This document shows, one piece after another, positions 41,874-52,546 of a DNA stretch of 64,000 nt. The position numbers were made by a program, and so were the translations under genes. This stretch comes from Vulcanimicrobiota bacterium (lineage in GTDB: Bacteria > Vulcanimicrobiota > Vulcanimicrobiia > Vulcanimicrobiales > Vulcanimicrobiaceae), in NCBI GenBank assembly GCA_963723515.1, contig CAVRQT010000003.1:704001-768000 (forward strand), read 5' to 3'. The notes under the pieces were generated by a model. The model was not told the DNA's origin. It searched no databases and saw nothing but the letters and a program-made list of their open reading frames with translations. The stretch's first letter is position 1. Each line of letters opens with the position of its first letter.

Positions 41874-41907
41874 AAATTAAAGGACCCCGCCGCGAGGCGG
41901 GGCCCTT
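41874..41907 (-). terminator. intrinsic terminator after the stalk-domain gene
   Basis: AAGGGCCCCGCC-TCGC-GGCGGGGTCCTTTAATTT. Confidence 0.8.
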
Positions 41908-41929
41908 CGTTTCACTCCGGCTAGCGGGG

Positions 41930-43360
41930 TTAGAAGCGGAGTCCTAAGCCAACGTAGCCACCGTTATGCGTCGCATCGATCGGAGCGTTGGAACGATTCG
42001 TCCAGCGATCGCCGATCCACCCGAGGTCGATGAAGAACGGTGAGTTTCCGAGCGTCAGCGTTCCACCAACCTGATACTTGAAGACGTTGTAGGCCAGGGT
42101 GTACGGACCGGTCGGACAGACGCTCGTGCCGCAATTTCCCTGAACGTTCCAGAAGTACCAGGCACTGCCGTAGATCGAGAAGACCTGGTTCAGATCCGGC
42201 AGCTTTTCGATACCCGCCCCGAAACCGCTGAGGTTCGGGTATCCGTAGTTGGTCGTTCGCCACATATACCCGACACCAATGTAGATCCGCGGGTCGATGA
42301 CCTTAAGCCCGAGGCGTACGTCGAAGTCGGTGTCTCGCGCGGTGAACGCCGGAACGAAGGTCTGCGACATGCCGCCGATCGTCGTGACGCATCCCGTGTC
42401 ACCGAGCGGTGCGTGTCCCGCTAGACCATCGCACGGCAGACCCGTGTTGGTCATGATGTCATAGTTACCGCCCGTGCATCCAGGGGTCGGTTTGGGCGGT
42501 GCGCCCGGCGGAGGCACGAAGCCCACAGGCACCGTGCAAGCGGCGGTCGGTACGCCTTGGCTGTGCGGATATCGCCATTGAGTCCACGTACCTTCGAGCA
42601 TCCACGGCAAGTTGAACAGTGAAAACTCGAGGCCGCCGGCAGCGTGATACGACCCGGTTTGACCACCGGTGTTACCAGGATTGAACTCGTTGTACACCTT
42701 CGGACTGAAGATGTAGTCACCAACGATGAAATGGTCCTGATAGACGGCCGGTACGGGTGCCGGCGTTGGAGCCGGTGTTGCGGGCGGCGGAGGCGGCGGT
42801 GCCGGCGGCGCTGCTGGAATGTAGCGCACGACGACGAGCCGTTTCTCCGGTACCCATTGGACATAGGCGCCCATGCCTTCGGAAATCACGCGCACCGGCA
42901 CGACGACGTGTCCCTGATAGATTTCAGGCGGCACATCGAGCGGCCGGGTCTCCCCGTTGATGACGACTTCCGGTTTGCCGACGGTCACTTTGACGTCGGA
43001 TCCCGGCTTGCTGACATCGACGGTTTTATTGGCGGGATTGTAAGACACCGTTGCGCCCATCTGTTCGAACATCGAGCGCAGCGGAATGAGGATCGTGCCC
43101 CCGCGCACGAGCGCGGCTAAGACACGGCCCTGTTTGAGCTTGTCAGGTTTGGCGTAGACGTGATGGTCGTTGTAGAGAATTGGAATCTGCCCCGACGGCG
43201 GTGAACCGAAGTTCATCGGCGGCGGAGCCGGGGCTGGGCTGGCCTGAGCAATCGCGTTGGTTCCAATGTTGCCATGCGAATGCCCCGGAGCCGCAGCCAC
43301 GGTAAGCCCCATGCCGGCTGCTATCAGCACGACAAGGACTCCGGTGCTCAGTGTTTTCAA
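41930..43360 (-). CDS. secreted protein: copper-amine-oxidase-N-terminal-like (stalk) domain, Pro linker, probable beta-barrel
   Basis: TTG start after GGGAGG; LIPLRSMFEQMGATVSYN and VPVRVISEGMGAYVQW; alternating aromatic strands ending GYVGLGLRF. Confidence 0.75.
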   Translation of the reverse strand: MKTLSTGVLVVLIAAGMGLTVAAAPGHSHGNIGTNAIAQASPAPAPPPMNFGSPPSGQIPILYNDHHVYAKPDKLKQGRVLAALVRGGTILIPLRSMFEQMGATVSYNPANKTVDVSKPGSDVKVTVGKPEVVINGETRPLDVPPEIYQGHVVVPVRVISEGMGAYVQWVPEKRLVVVRYIPAAPPAPPPPPPATPAPTPAPVPAVYQDHFIVGDYIFSPKVYNEFNPGNTGGQTGSYHAAGGLEFSLFNLPWMLEGTWTQWRYPHSQGVPTAACTVPVGFVPPPGAPPKPTPGCTGGNYDIMTNTGLPCDGLAGHAPLGDTGCVTTIGGMSQTFVPAFTARDTDFDVRLGLKVIDPRIYIGVGYMWRTTNYGYPNLSGFGAGIEKLPDLNQVFSIYGSAWYFWNVQGNCGTSVCPTGPYTLAYNVFKYQVGGTLTLGNSPFFIDLGWIGDRWTNRSNAPIDATHNGGYVGLGLRF

Positions 43361-43430
43361 GTCAACCCTCCCTTTAATAAAAACGTCCATTGCTGGAGTC
43401 TACGGCTCTTATTCCCACTCCGCGCTTCAA

Positions 43431-44606
43431 CTACCCGGCGCCCGCCGACTTAAAGCTAGGCAAACGCCAGATCCAGGCGCTCCCGATAACGACCTCGACG
43501 GCCGCCATCCCAAGCGCGTACAGCGGTGCATGAACACTTGGCGGCCTCACCACCAGCAAAACACCGGTTGCGAGAGCCGGCGCAACGATCTGCGAACCCG
43601 CCACCGCAATGTTCCAAACACCCATTGCGGTTGCCATCGCGCTCCGCGGTAAAATCGCGCAACCCAAAGCCCAATCGGCGGTCAAGAAAGCGCCCCACCC
43701 GAGACCCGCAAAAGCAGCAGTTACAAAGAGCGCGTGCGCATCGCGCAGCACGATAAAGATAATGAGCGCGGCCGTCAAGAGCGCGGTGCCGGCATTGACG
43801 ATCAATCTGCGGTCAAAACGATCCGCCGGTCGCCCCGAAAGAGCGGCGCCTAACGCAGCAGCAACCGTGAAAATCAAAATGACGACACCGGTCGTCCTTG
43901 CGGCCGTTGCGATCTGTAACGTATCCCGGATGTAAAAGAACATGTAACCCAAGATCGTGTAGAAGCCAATCCAAAGAATCGCGCGCGAGATGAAGAGATC
44001 GACCGCCGACGTCGGAACGTTCACTTTGCCGGATTCGATTGCGCGCGGATAAATTTCCGTCATATGAACGATGGTGACGAGCGCACCGCCGGCCAAGAAC
44101 AGTGCCAGAACGATTGCAACGCCCAACGGCGTCGCGATTAGTGTTGCAGCCAGCGCCCCGCAGGCGTTGCCTCCACTCTGGAACGCGGCCATCCATGACG
44201 AAGCCACGCCGGTGTCTCGCGATGAAAAGTAGTCCGGTATAATCGCTTGGTAGGGTCCAATCGCGATGTTCACGCCAAATTGCAGGAAGATCATCGCCCC
44301 AATAAGCGCGCCGAACGTGGGCGCGAGATAGAATGCAAGAACGCCGAGAATCCCGCACAAGGTGCCGACCACCAAGAACGGGCGCCGGTCGCCGCCTGCA
44401 TGGCGCCGGCGATCGGAGATGATTCCGACGAAAACCTGAACGAGCATCGCCGTGAGCGCACCCGCAGTCGCGATCTGCCCGTAGGCAATGAGCGTATCGT
44501 GTGGATGCAGCGCGCTGCTGCGAGCCTGTAATGAGATCCCCAGCAGCGCGCCCCAGAGTGCCTGAACGCCGAACCAAAGCGCCGCCAGTCGCGCCGCGCT
44601 AACCAT
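43431..44606 (-). CDS. MFS transporter
   Basis: Multiple TM segments; GIISDR...RRPF and PYQAIIPD. Confidence 0.87.
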   Translation of the reverse strand: MVSAARLAALWFGVQALWGALLGISLQARSSALHPHDTLIAYGQIATAGALTAMLVQVFVGIISDRRRHAGGDRRPFLVVGTLCGILGVLAFYLAPTFGALIGAMIFLQFGVNIAIGPYQAIIPDYFSSRDTGVASSWMAAFQSGGNACGALAATLIATPLGVAIVLALFLAGGALVTIVHMTEIYPRAIESGKVNVPTSAVDLFISRAILWIGFYTILGYMFFYIRDTLQIATAARTTGVVILIFTVAAALGAALSGRPADRFDRRLIVNAGTALLTAALIIFIVLRDAHALFVTAAFAGLGWGAFLTADWALGCAILPRSAMATAMGVWNIAVAGSQIVAPALATGVLLVVRPPSVHAPLYALGMAAVEVVIGSAWIWRLPSFKSAGAG

Positions 44607-45325
44607 GGCGGCAGGCGTACAGATAGTCATCTAAATCGTCGACATCATAGCAAAGCTCCGGCGCGCAATCTCGAATCGCGCGCGTCGGGAAAACCGAGTA
44701 CGCTTGCTGCTCGGCGCTCGATGTCGGCGATTTGCAAGCGCCGAAGCGCGAACTTGAGCAGCAGGGTGGGGCCGAGCAACATTGCCATGCGCAGCAGGCT
44801 TTTTCGCGCATTGAAGAAGCGTTCGACGACGATTGAAATCCTTGCGGCGGCACCGGCGGGCAGCGTGAAGACGGAGCCGTTTGCAACGCGCTCATGCCCG
44901 ATAACGGTTGCATGCGCCGGTGCATCTGGGAAGCGGCCTTCATATGCGCCGGCATCAGCAATCGGCATCGCGATTGCTCCAGCGGGGACGCGATCCAGAA
45001 AATTTCGAAGCGTGGGGGCGCTGATGAACGGCAGGTCGCTGCTTAAATAGACGACGTCTCCGTCGAATGCCCGAAGCGCGTTGCGCACGTTTTCCGCGCC
45101 GCTAACGCTTTCGGGAATGACGCGATCGGCAAGATAGCCACATTTTTCGCGCGCTTCCTCGCCGCAAACGATTGCGATTTTCCGTGCGCCGGCACCGCGG
45201 GCCGCATCGATCGCGCGCTGCAGCATCGTGCTTCCATTGACGACGGCGAGCGCTTTGACCGTCGTCCCGATCCGCTCACAAAGCGGCGGGCCGACGCGGC
45301 CGCCGGCTGTGATGACGGCGTCCAG
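44599..45325 (-). CDS. MobA/GlmU-like nucleotidyltransferase (frameshift near 44690)
   Basis: DAVITAGG...VKAL...G.TML, SSDLPFI and C-terminal YDVDDLDDY. Confidence 0.78.
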
Positions 45326-45331
45326 TCGCCG

Positions 45332-45715
45332 TTACTTCTTGGCGAGCGCTTTCTTTTTGTTGCCGACCGTCTTCTTTGGACCCTTACGAGTTCGGCTATT
45401 TGTCTTGGTCCTCTGGCCGCGCACTGGAAGTCCGCGGCGATGGCGCAGGCCGCGATACGAACCGATGTCGCTCAGTCGCTTGATGTGTCCGCTGACCTCA
45501 CGTCGCAGATCGCCCTCGACGCGCAACCGCCCGTCGATCGCATCCCGCAGCTTCTTCTCATCTTCTTCACTGAGATTCTTGACGCGAACGTTCGGATCGA
45601 CGCCCGTTTGCGCGAGCAACTTCTGGGCCGTTGAGGGGCCGATGCCGTAGATGTAGGTCAGCCCGATCTCGATGCGCTTTTCGCGCGGCAAATCGATCCC
45701 CGCGATGCGCGCCAT
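45332..45715 (-). CDS. rpsM: 30S ribosomal protein S13
   Basis: [10 protein letters not shown] and [12 protein letters not shown]. Confidence 0.98.
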   Translation of the reverse strand: MARIAGIDLPREKRIEIGLTYIYGIGPSTAQKLLAQTGVDPNVRVKNLSEEDEKKLRDAIDGRLRVEGDLRREVSGHIKRLSDIGSYRGLRHRRGLPVRGQRTKTNSRTRKGPKKTVGNKKKALAKK

Positions 45716-45831
45716 CAGCCCTGCACCTGCTTATGCTTAGGATTGGACTCGCAAATCACGCGCACTTTGCCTTCGCGGCGAATGATCTTACATTTCTCGC
45801 AAATCTTCTTCACTGACGGTCTGACTTTCAT
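45715..45831 (-). CDS. rpmJ: 50S ribosomal protein L36
   Basis: My translation: [38 protein letters not shown]. Confidence 0.97.
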   Translation of the reverse strand: MKVRPSVKKICEKCKIIRREGKVRVICESNPKHKQVQG

Positions 45832-45868
45832 GTTTTTATCCTATTCACGCAATTTAGTTTCCCGACTT

Positions 45869-45890
45869 TGTCACCCTGAGCTTGTCGAAG
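45869..45890 (-). repeat. REP-like repeat copy between infA and rpmJ
   Basis: TGTCACCCTGAGCTTGTCGAAG. Confidence 0.75.
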
Positions 45891-45896
45891 GGGCGC

Positions 45897-46188
45897 TTAC
45901 TTATATCGATACGTTATCCGGCCGTGCGTCTAAATCGTACGGCGAGAGTTCCACGAGTACCCGGTCGCCCGGCAGAATCCGAATAAAATGCATTCGGATC
46001 TTTCCGGATACGTGCGCCAGCACCCGATGCCCGTTTCCCAATTCGACGCGGAACATCGCGTTGGGCAACGGTTCGACGATCGTGCCCTCAACCTCGATCG
46101 CCTCTTCCTTTGGTGTCGCCGTTACGGCGGCACGATCCGCCTTCTTCGTTCGCCGCTCCGGCCGAGTGCGGTTATGACCGCGCGCCAC
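45897..46188 (-). CDS. infA: translation initiation factor IF-1 (N-terminal extension; indel near the 3' end)
   Basis: KEEAIEVEG...[10 protein letters not shown]...SGKIR; removing one base restores [11 protein letters not shown]. Confidence 0.95.
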
Positions 46189-46201
46189 TACGGAACCAAA
46201 C

Positions 46202-46999
46202 TCAGGCTGCTACCCCGGGCGCATAGTCGTAGGCTTCCGGACGTTCGCCCACATCGCGTAACGTGAGAATCTTCGGACCGGTTTCGGTGATCGCAACCGT
46301 ATGCTCAAAGTGCGCTGCGAGTCTACCATCTGCGGTCACGACTGTCCACCCGTCGCGGAGTGTTTCAACCGCGTAGTCGCCCTGGGTGATCATCGGTTCA
46401 ATAGCGAGCACGAGCCCCGCTCGCAACTCGAGGCCGGTTCCGGCTCGGCCATAGTTGGGCACCTGCGGCTCCTCATGCATTCTCGTGCCGACCCCGTGTC
46501 CCACGAGCTCGCGAACCACGCCGTAACCATGCGATTCTGCGTGCGCTTGAACCGCCGCCCCGATGTCGCCTAAATGCTTACCAGGCCGCATGCAGGCGAT
46601 GCCGCGCATCAAGCACTCCTGAGTGACACGAAGCAAGCGTTGCGCCACTGAGCGAATCTGTCCGACGCCGACCGTCACTGCGCTATCACTGACATACCGT
46701 TCAAAAGTCGTTCCGATGTCGATTGAGAGCAGATCGCCGTCTTGCAGCACGTAACCGCTCGGAATGCCGTGCACGACTTCCTGATTGATCGACGTGCAGA
46801 TCGATGCCGGGAAGCCGTTGTAGCCCTTGAAGGTCGGAATGCCGCCCAGTTCGCGAATTTGCTGCTCCGCGAGAGCATCGAGTTCGAGCGTTGTGCGTCC
46901 CGGTTTGCATGCGTGAATCAAGTTCGAGAGGACGCGGGCCGTTATTTCGCCGCTGCGCCGCATCGTCTCAATCTCTCGGGCGGACTTGATCGTGATCAT
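46202..46999 (-). CDS. map: methionine aminopeptidase type I
   Basis: VVHGIP, GHGVG...HEEP and AHFEHT. Confidence 0.97.
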   Translation of the reverse strand: MITIKSAREIETMRRSGEITARVLSNLIHACKPGRTTLELDALAEQQIRELGGIPTFKGYNGFPASICTSINQEVVHGIPSGYVLQDGDLLSIDIGTTFERYVSDSAVTVGVGQIRSVAQRLLRVTQECLMRGIACMRPGKHLGDIGAAVQAHAESHGYGVVRELVGHGVGTRMHEEPQVPNYGRAGTGLELRAGLVLAIEPMITQGDYAVETLRDGWTVVTADGRLAAHFEHTVAITETGPKILTLRDVGERPEAYDYAPGVAA

Positions 47000-47652
47000 G
47001 GTGCGGCTTGTGCTTGTTTTGGCACAGCGACCTTGAGGATTTGTTGCATGACTTCATCGACCGGCCGCAAGGCATCGATTTGGACGAGCCGCCCCGTCTT
47101 CCGGTAGAAGGCGATCAAAGGCATCGTCTGCGCCTCATACACTTGAAGACGACGGATCACGGTTTCGGGCTGATCGTCATCGCGCTGAACGAGCGGGCCG
47201 CCGTCAACATCGTCGACGCCGCTAACACGTGGCGGATCGGTGATCGTGTTATAGGTACGACCGGTGCGCGGATTCGTCCAGCGCGAAGTCAAACGTGCGA
47301 TCAGCGTCTGCGGATCGGCAGCAAAGAGCACCGCTGCATCGAGTGCAAGGTGCTTTTGGGCAAGCAACTGGTCCAGCGCTTCGGCTTGTGCCACCGTTCG
47401 CGGGAAGCCGTCCATGATAAAGTTCGTGCCTTTCTCGAGCTCGGCTTCAATCATTTTGATGATCACCGCGTCCGGCACGAGGTCTCCGCGGTGCATGTAG
47501 CTTTCCGCGAGCTTTCCGAGTTGGGTTTGACGTTCTTGATTTTCGCGCAGAATGTCGCCGGTCGAAATTTGCCGTCCTCCAAAACGCTCGGCGAGCATAC
47601 GCGCTTGCGTACCCTTGCCCGCGCCGGGTGGACCCAGGAATACGAGCCGCAA
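46996..47652 (-). CDS. adk: adenylate kinase
   Basis: GPPGAGKGTQ and DGFPRT. Confidence 0.97.
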   Translation of the reverse strand: MRLVFLGPPGAGKGTQARMLAERFGGRQISTGDILRENQERQTQLGKLAESYMHRGDLVPDAVIIKMIEAELEKGTNFIMDGFPRTVAQAEALDQLLAQKHLALDAAVLFAADPQTLIARLTSRWTNPRTGRTYNTITDPPRVSGVDDVDGGPLVQRDDDQPETVIRRLQVYEAQTMPLIAFYRKTGRLVQIDALRPVDEVMQQILKVAVPKQAQAAP

Positions 47653-47657
47653 CGTCC

Positions 47658-48950
47658 TTACCGCTTGATGAACCCGCGATAGTCGCGCATTGCCAGGCGT
47701 GCCTCGATCTGGGTCATCGTGTCCAGTGCTACGCCGACGACGATCAGTAGCGACGTCGAGCCGAGATAGAACGTCGTGATGCCGAGGCCGCGTTCAAGCG
47801 TCGTCGGCAGCACGGCGAGCAAGCCGAGATAGATGGCGGCAGCCGTCGTGATGCGCAAGAGAATGCGGTTCACGTAATCGACCGTCGGCTGTCCGGGGCG
47901 AATGCCGGGCACGAAGGAACCGCTCTTCTTCAGATTGTCCGCGATGTCACGCGTGTTGACGACGATAGCGCTGTAGAAGAACGTGAAAACCACGACGAGG
48001 ACAAAGTAGACCGCGTTGTACCAAAACGAGTTCGGGCTGAAGTAAGCGCCCAGAAAATTGGAGACGTTCGCGAGCGCGCCGGTCTGACCGCCGCGCGCAA
48101 ACCACGTTAACGCTTGTTGCGGGAGGAGCAGAATCGAAATCGCGAAGATGATTGAGATCACGCCGGCGTTGTTCAGGCGCAAGGGAATGTACGTTGAACG
48201 GCCCGCGAACATTTTGCGTCCAACGACGCGCCGCGCTTGTTGAACCGGAACGCGGCGCTGTCCCTGATAAAGGAAGATGATCGAGATGATCGTGATCAAC
48301 GCGATTGCGACGAAGACGATCAGATTGAAAGCGGAGATGCCTCCGCCGGCTGCCGAGGTGACCGTCTCTCTGACGTAGGTGGGATACCGAAGCACGATGC
48401 CGATGAAGATGATCAGCGATACGCCGTTGCCGATCCCGTGGTCTGAGATTTGTTCGCCGAGCCACATCAAGAACATCGTCCCCGCGACCATCGTCAAGAC
48501 GACGAAGAGCTGGAACGTTATCGTGTTGTCGTAGAAGACGCCGCCGGAGCTCATTGCCCTCGCCATCATCGTGCCTTGGATCAGAGCGAGCACAATCGTC
48601 AGCCAGCGCGTATATTGCCCGATCTTGCGGCGGCCTTCTTCACCGCCTTTCTTCGCCATTTCTTCGAGATTGGGCAAAACGACTGTCATCAATTGCATGA
48701 TGATCGATGCGTTGATGTAAGGCGTGATGCCCATCGCGATGACGGAGAGATGCTGCAGCGCGCCGCCGGAGAGAAAGCCGAGGAAGTTGTAAAACGTTCC
48801 GCTCTGCAGTTCGCGCTGCCACGCGGCCTCGTTCACGTTCGGAATCTGAACGTGAATCATAAAGACGAAGAGCGCGAATGCGCCGAAGACAAAGACAACC
48901 CGTTGCCGGATGTCTGGAACGAGCAACGCCGCGCGAAGGTTGTTGAGCAC
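47658..48950 (-). CDS. secY: preprotein translocase SecY
   Basis: GITPYINASII, GIGNGVSLII and PGIRPG. Confidence 0.98.
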   Translation of the reverse strand: MLNNLRAALLVPDIRQRVVFVFGAFALFVFMIHVQIPNVNEAAWQRELQSGTFYNFLGFLSGGALQHLSVIAMGITPYINASIIMQLMTVVLPNLEEMAKKGGEEGRRKIGQYTRWLTIVLALIQGTMMARAMSSGGVFYDNTITFQLFVVLTMVAGTMFLMWLGEQISDHGIGNGVSLIIFIGIVLRYPTYVRETVTSAAGGGISAFNLIVFVAIALITIISIIFLYQGQRRVPVQQARRVVGRKMFAGRSTYIPLRLNNAGVISIIFAISILLLPQQALTWFARGGQTGALANVSNFLGAYFSPNSFWYNAVYFVLVVVFTFFYSAIVVNTRDIADNLKKSGSFVPGIRPGQPTVDYVNRILLRITTAAAIYLGLLAVLPTTLERGLGITTFYLGSTSLLIVVGVALDTMTQIEARLAMRDYRGFIKR

Positions 48951-49604
48951 CTAGCCCTCTTCGAACTGGGCGCCGGCCGCTTTGAGCGCTTCCTTCGCGC
49001 TGTCGCTGAAAAGGATATCGCGAAAACGCAAGCCGTTCGGTAGCGTCTTTCCACTGCGCGACCGGCCTAGGATCTTGACGCCATCTTTAAAGCGCGAGAG
49101 TTTGCGCGCTACCTTCAATGTTTGCGGCGTCACCTCGACCGATGGATCCCAGTCGGTGAGATCGTGCAAATTCAAGACGGTGTACGTGGCTCGGAAATGT
49201 CCGATATCACGTGCCTTTTGCGAATATCCGCGACGGTGCGGTAAGCGCCGCTGCCAGGGCGTCTGGCCGCCTTCGAAGGCCGGCCCTTTGCCGCCGCCGG
49301 AACGAACCGTTTGGCCTTTGCCGCCTTCTCCGCCGGTCTTTACCATGCCCGACCCGTGCCCGCGCCCGACGCGCGTTCGCTTCGGTCGCGAACCAGGGGT
49401 TGGACGCAACATGCCGAGCGTCAAAACATTGCGCGCCGGTTGTGGGCTGGGCATGGCACGCTCTTTCTTTGGGACCGCTGCTTTGCGCGGCTCTTTAGCC
49501 GTCGTCAGCTTTCGAGCAGCAGTCTTCTTGGCGGGCGTCGCTTTTTTTGCGGGCGCTGCTTTTCTCGTTGTCGCCTTGCGCGTTGATTGTTTCTTGGCCG
49601 GCAT
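48951..49604 (-). CDS. rplO: 50S ribosomal protein L15 with Lys/Ala-rich N-terminal extension
   Basis: RVGRGHGSG, KGQTVRSG and FEGGQTP. Confidence 0.95.
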   Translation of the reverse strand: MPAKKQSTRKATTRKAAPAKKATPAKKTAARKLTTAKEPRKAAVPKKERAMPSPQPARNVLTLGMLRPTPGSRPKRTRVGRGHGSGMVKTGGEGGKGQTVRSGGGKGPAFEGGQTPWQRRLPHRRGYSQKARDIGHFRATYTVLNLHDLTDWDPSVEVTPQTLKVARKLSRFKDGVKILGRSRSGKTLPNGLRFRDILFSDSAKEALKAAGAQFEEG

Positions 49605-49617
49605 CGTTCGCTAGACC

Positions 49618-50124
49618 CTAAGCCGCAAAGATCTCGGCCGCGCTTTTTCCGCGCAGCTCGGCAACGCGCTCCACCGTCTTCAGGGATTTGAGCGCTTCAA
49701 CGGTTGCGTACACGACATTGATTGGGTTGCTCGTGCCGAGCGACTTGGTCAGGATGTCGTGGATTCCGGCAAGCTCGAGAACGGCACGCATCGCGCCGCC
49801 CGCGATGACACCGGTTCCGGGTGCCGCCGGCTTGAGCAACACGCGCGCCGCGCCAACTTGCTTGGTAATCTGATGCGGAATCGTCTTCTCCACCATCGGC
49901 ACGGTGATTAAGCTCTTGCGCGCGGATTCGACCGCTTTGCGTATCGCTTCCGGCACTTCGCCCGCTTTCCCGTTGGCGAAGCCCACGCGGCCTTTGCGAT
50001 CGCCGACAACGACGAGCGCGCTGAAACTGAAGCGCTTGCCGCCCTTGACCACTTTCGCGACGCGATTGACGCGCACGACCGTCTCTTCGAGTCCGCTGTT
50101 GTCCCGATCTCGTCTATATTGCAC
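49618..50124 (-). CDS. rpsE: 30S ribosomal protein S5
   Basis: [14 protein letters not shown] and GTGVIAGG. Confidence 0.98.
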   Translation of the reverse strand: MQYRRDRDNSGLEETVVRVNRVAKVVKGGKRFSFSALVVVGDRKGRVGFANGKAGEVPEAIRKAVESARKSLITVPMVEKTIPHQITKQVGAARVLLKPAAPGTGVIAGGAMRAVLELAGIHDILTKSLGTSNPINVVYATVEALKSLKTVERVAELRGKSAAEIFAA

Positions 50125-50127
50125 TTA

Positions 50128-50490
50128 CTAAAACTCCAAGCCGGCTTCACGTGCCGCTTCCGCGAGCGCTTTGACACGCCCGTGATATTTCAAGCCGCCG
50201 CGATCGAAGACGACGGCGGTGATGCCGGCCTCCTTTGCCTTTTGCGCGATCGCGCTGCCGACTTTCTGCGCCGCTGCGAGGTTCGTTTTCGATTGCAGAC
50301 CGTCAGCAAGGTCGGATTGCAGCGTCGATGCCGCAAGGAGCGTATGTCCTTTGCTGTCGTCAATCATGGTTGCATAAATATGATGCAGCGTTCGCCGTAC
50401 GAGCAAACGCGGGCGTTGTGCCGACCCGGACAGGCCGCGTCGCAATCGCCGGTGGCGGCGCTTACGGGAGAACTCTCTAGATCCCGGCAT
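50128..50490 (-). CDS. rplR: 50S ribosomal protein L18
   Basis: [14 protein letters not shown]. Confidence 0.97.
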   Translation of the reverse strand: MPGSREFSRKRRHRRLRRGLSGSAQRPRLLVRRTLHHIYATMIDDSKGHTLLAASTLQSDLADGLQSKTNLAAAQKVGSAIAQKAKEAGITAVVFDRGGLKYHGRVKALAEAAREAGLEF

Positions 50491-51038
50491 TACTTCTTGC
50501 CTGCCTTACCGGCTTTACCGAGTTTCTTGCGGACCGCTTCGCCTTCGTAACGGATCCCTTTGCCTTTGTACGGCTCGGGTGGCCGCAAGCTGCGAATCTC
50601 CGCGGCGACCTGACCGACTTGCTGCTTATCGATGCCGTCAACGTGGATTCGGTTGGTTCCCTCGACCGTAAAGTTGACGCCTGACGGTCCGTCATAACGA
50701 ACCGGATGCGAGAAGCCGAGGGTAAGGTTCAGCTGATTGCCGCTCTTCGCAGCGCGATAGCCGACGCCTTGGATTTCAAGACTCTTGCGATAGCCTTTCG
50801 TCACGCCTTCGATCATGTTCGCGATCAGCGTACGCGTGAGCCCGTGCGCGGCTCGATGCGTCTTGTCGTTGCCGCGGCGCTCGACGGAGACTCTCCCGTC
50901 GTCAACGCGCACGGACACATGTTCAACGAAGTGCTGACGCAACTCGCCTTTGGGACCTTTGACGTGCACCTCGTTGTCGCGAACGTTCACGTTCACGCCT
51001 TCCGGCAAGCTGAGCGGCAGTTTTCCGATTCGACTCAT
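50490..51038 (-). CDS. rplF: 50S ribosomal protein L6
   Basis: MSRIGK and [11 protein letters not shown]. Confidence 0.98.
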   Translation of the reverse strand: MSRIGKLPLSLPEGVNVNVRDNEVHVKGPKGELRQHFVEHVSVRVDDGRVSVERRGNDKTHRAAHGLTRTLIANMIEGVTKGYRKSLEIQGVGYRAAKSGNQLNLTLGFSHPVRYDGPSGVNFTVEGTNRIHVDGIDKQQVGQVAAEIRSLRPPEPYKGKGIRYEGEAVRKKLGKAGKAGKK

Positions 51039-51042
51039 GCGA

Positions 51043-51444
51043 TCACCATACGTAGGCGAGGACCTCGCCGCCGCAGCGTTCTTTCTTTGCCCGCTTGCCC
51101 GACATGATGCCGCGCGACGTCGAGAGGATGACGAGGCCTAATCCGCCGAGCACGCGTGGAATCTCCGTCTTGTTTGTATAGACGCGCAACCCCGGGCGCG
51201 AGATCCGCCGCAGTCCGGTAATGACTTTCTCTTTTTCGGGGCCATACTTGAGCGTGATGCGCAACGTGCCTTGCGGTCCGTCGTTCGTCCGCTCGAAATC
51301 GGTGATGAAGCCCTCTTCTTTGAGGATCTTTGCAACAGCTATCTTCGTTCGCGAGGCCGGCACGTCAACAATCGGATGATTGGCGGTATTCGCGTTGCGA
51401 ATCCGCGTCAGCAGATCGGCGATCGGATCGGTGATGACACCCAT
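51043..51444 (-). CDS. rpsH: 30S ribosomal protein S8
   Basis: [12 protein letters not shown] and SRPGLRVY. Confidence 0.98.
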   Translation of the reverse strand: MGVITDPIADLLTRIRNANTANHPIVDVPASRTKIAVAKILKEEGFITDFERTNDGPQGTLRITLKYGPEKEKVITGLRRISRPGLRVYTNKTEIPRVLGGLGLVILSTSRGIMSGKRAKKERCGGEVLAYVW

Positions 51445-51459
51445 GCTACTGCCTTCCTC

Positions 51460-51645
51460 CTACCACGACGCCTTGAGGATGCCCGGAATGACGCCTTTAT
51501 GGGCGTTCTCACGAAAACAAATGCGGCAAAGGCCGAACTTCCGATAGTACCCGCGCGGCCGTCCGCAGAGCAGACAGCGATGATGCCCGCGTACCTTAAA
51601 CTTCGGCGTGCGCTTTGATTTCTCGATTAACGCGGTCTTAGCCAA
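51460..51645 (-). CDS. rpsZ: 30S ribosomal protein S14, zinc-binding type
   Basis: RCLLCGR...LCRICFR; 61 aa. Confidence 0.97.
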   Translation of the reverse strand: MAKTALIEKSKRTPKFKVRGHHRCLLCGRPRGYYRKFGLCRICFRENAHKGVIPGILKASW

Positions 51646-52197
51646 CTATGCTCGCCCTTTCTGTAACGGCAATCCCATCGCGCTCAGAAACTCCGTCGCT
51701 TCCTCATCATTGCGAGCGGACGTGACGATGACGATGTCCATGCCGCGTGCCTTATCGACTTTATCGTAGTTGATCTCGGGAAAGACAAGCTGCTCGCGCA
51801 GGCCCAAATTGTAATTCCCGCGCCCATCGAACGACTTGCGTGCAAGCCCTCGGAAGTCACGAATGCGCGGCAGAACGATGTTGAAAAGCTTGTCCAAGAA
51901 CGTGTACATGCGCTCGCCGCGAAGCGTTACTTTCGCCCCGATGTTAGTGCCTTCACGCAACTTGAATGCCGCGATCGATTTCTTCGCCTTCGTGATGACG
52001 GCGCGCTGGCCGCTGATCGACTGCAGCTCTGAAGCCGCCGCCTCAAGCACTTTGGCGTTCTGAATCGCCTCCGAAACCGACATGTTGATGACGACTTTCT
52101 CGAGCTTCGGAACTTGATGCACGTTCTTGTAACCGAACTTCTCCTGCAATTGCTTGCAGACTTCGTTGCGATACTTCTCGTGTAAACGAGTTGCCAT
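51646..52197 (-). CDS. rplE: 50S ribosomal protein L5
   Basis: LPRIRDFRG and FDGRGNY. Confidence 0.98.
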   Translation of the reverse strand: MATRLHEKYRNEVCKQLQEKFGYKNVHQVPKLEKVVINMSVSEAIQNAKVLEAAASELQSISGQRAVITKAKKSIAAFKLREGTNIGAKVTLRGERMYTFLDKLFNIVLPRIRDFRGLARKSFDGRGNYNLGLREQLVFPEINYDKVDKARGMDIVIVTSARNDEEATEFLSAMGLPLQKGRA

Positions 52198-52544
52198 TAT
52201 GTCGCCTTGACGCTTTCACGCGCAGGCTCGCCACATTTGGCGCAAACGCGCTGTGAGCCGTTCGGCCCTTGGCGGTGACGCAATCTCGATGGCGTATTGC
52301 AGCGCGTGCAGACGTACATCAGCGCGGAAATCGGCAACGGAGCTTCCTTTTCCAGAATGCCCCCGGTTTGTGATGAGGCCATGCTGCCTTGTTTGGTCTG
52401 CTGCTTGGTGTGGCGCTTGACGACGTTGAGCCCCTCAACGGTCGCCATCCCTCGGCCGGGAAAGACGGCTTTGACGGTGCCGCGCCGGCCGCGTTCCTTG
52501 CCACGTCTGATGATGACGGGATCGCCTTTGACGAGGTTTGCCAT
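52197..52544 (-). CDS. rplX: 50S ribosomal protein L24
   Basis: KGD.V....GKERG KOW motif and VEGLN. Confidence 0.95.
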   Translation of the reverse strand: MANLVKGDPVIIRRGKERGRRGTVKAVFPGRGMATVEGLNVVKRHTKQQTKQGSMASSQTGGILEKEAPLPISALMYVCTRCNTPSRLRHRQGPNGSQRVCAKCGEPARESVKAT

Positions 52545-52546
52545 GA

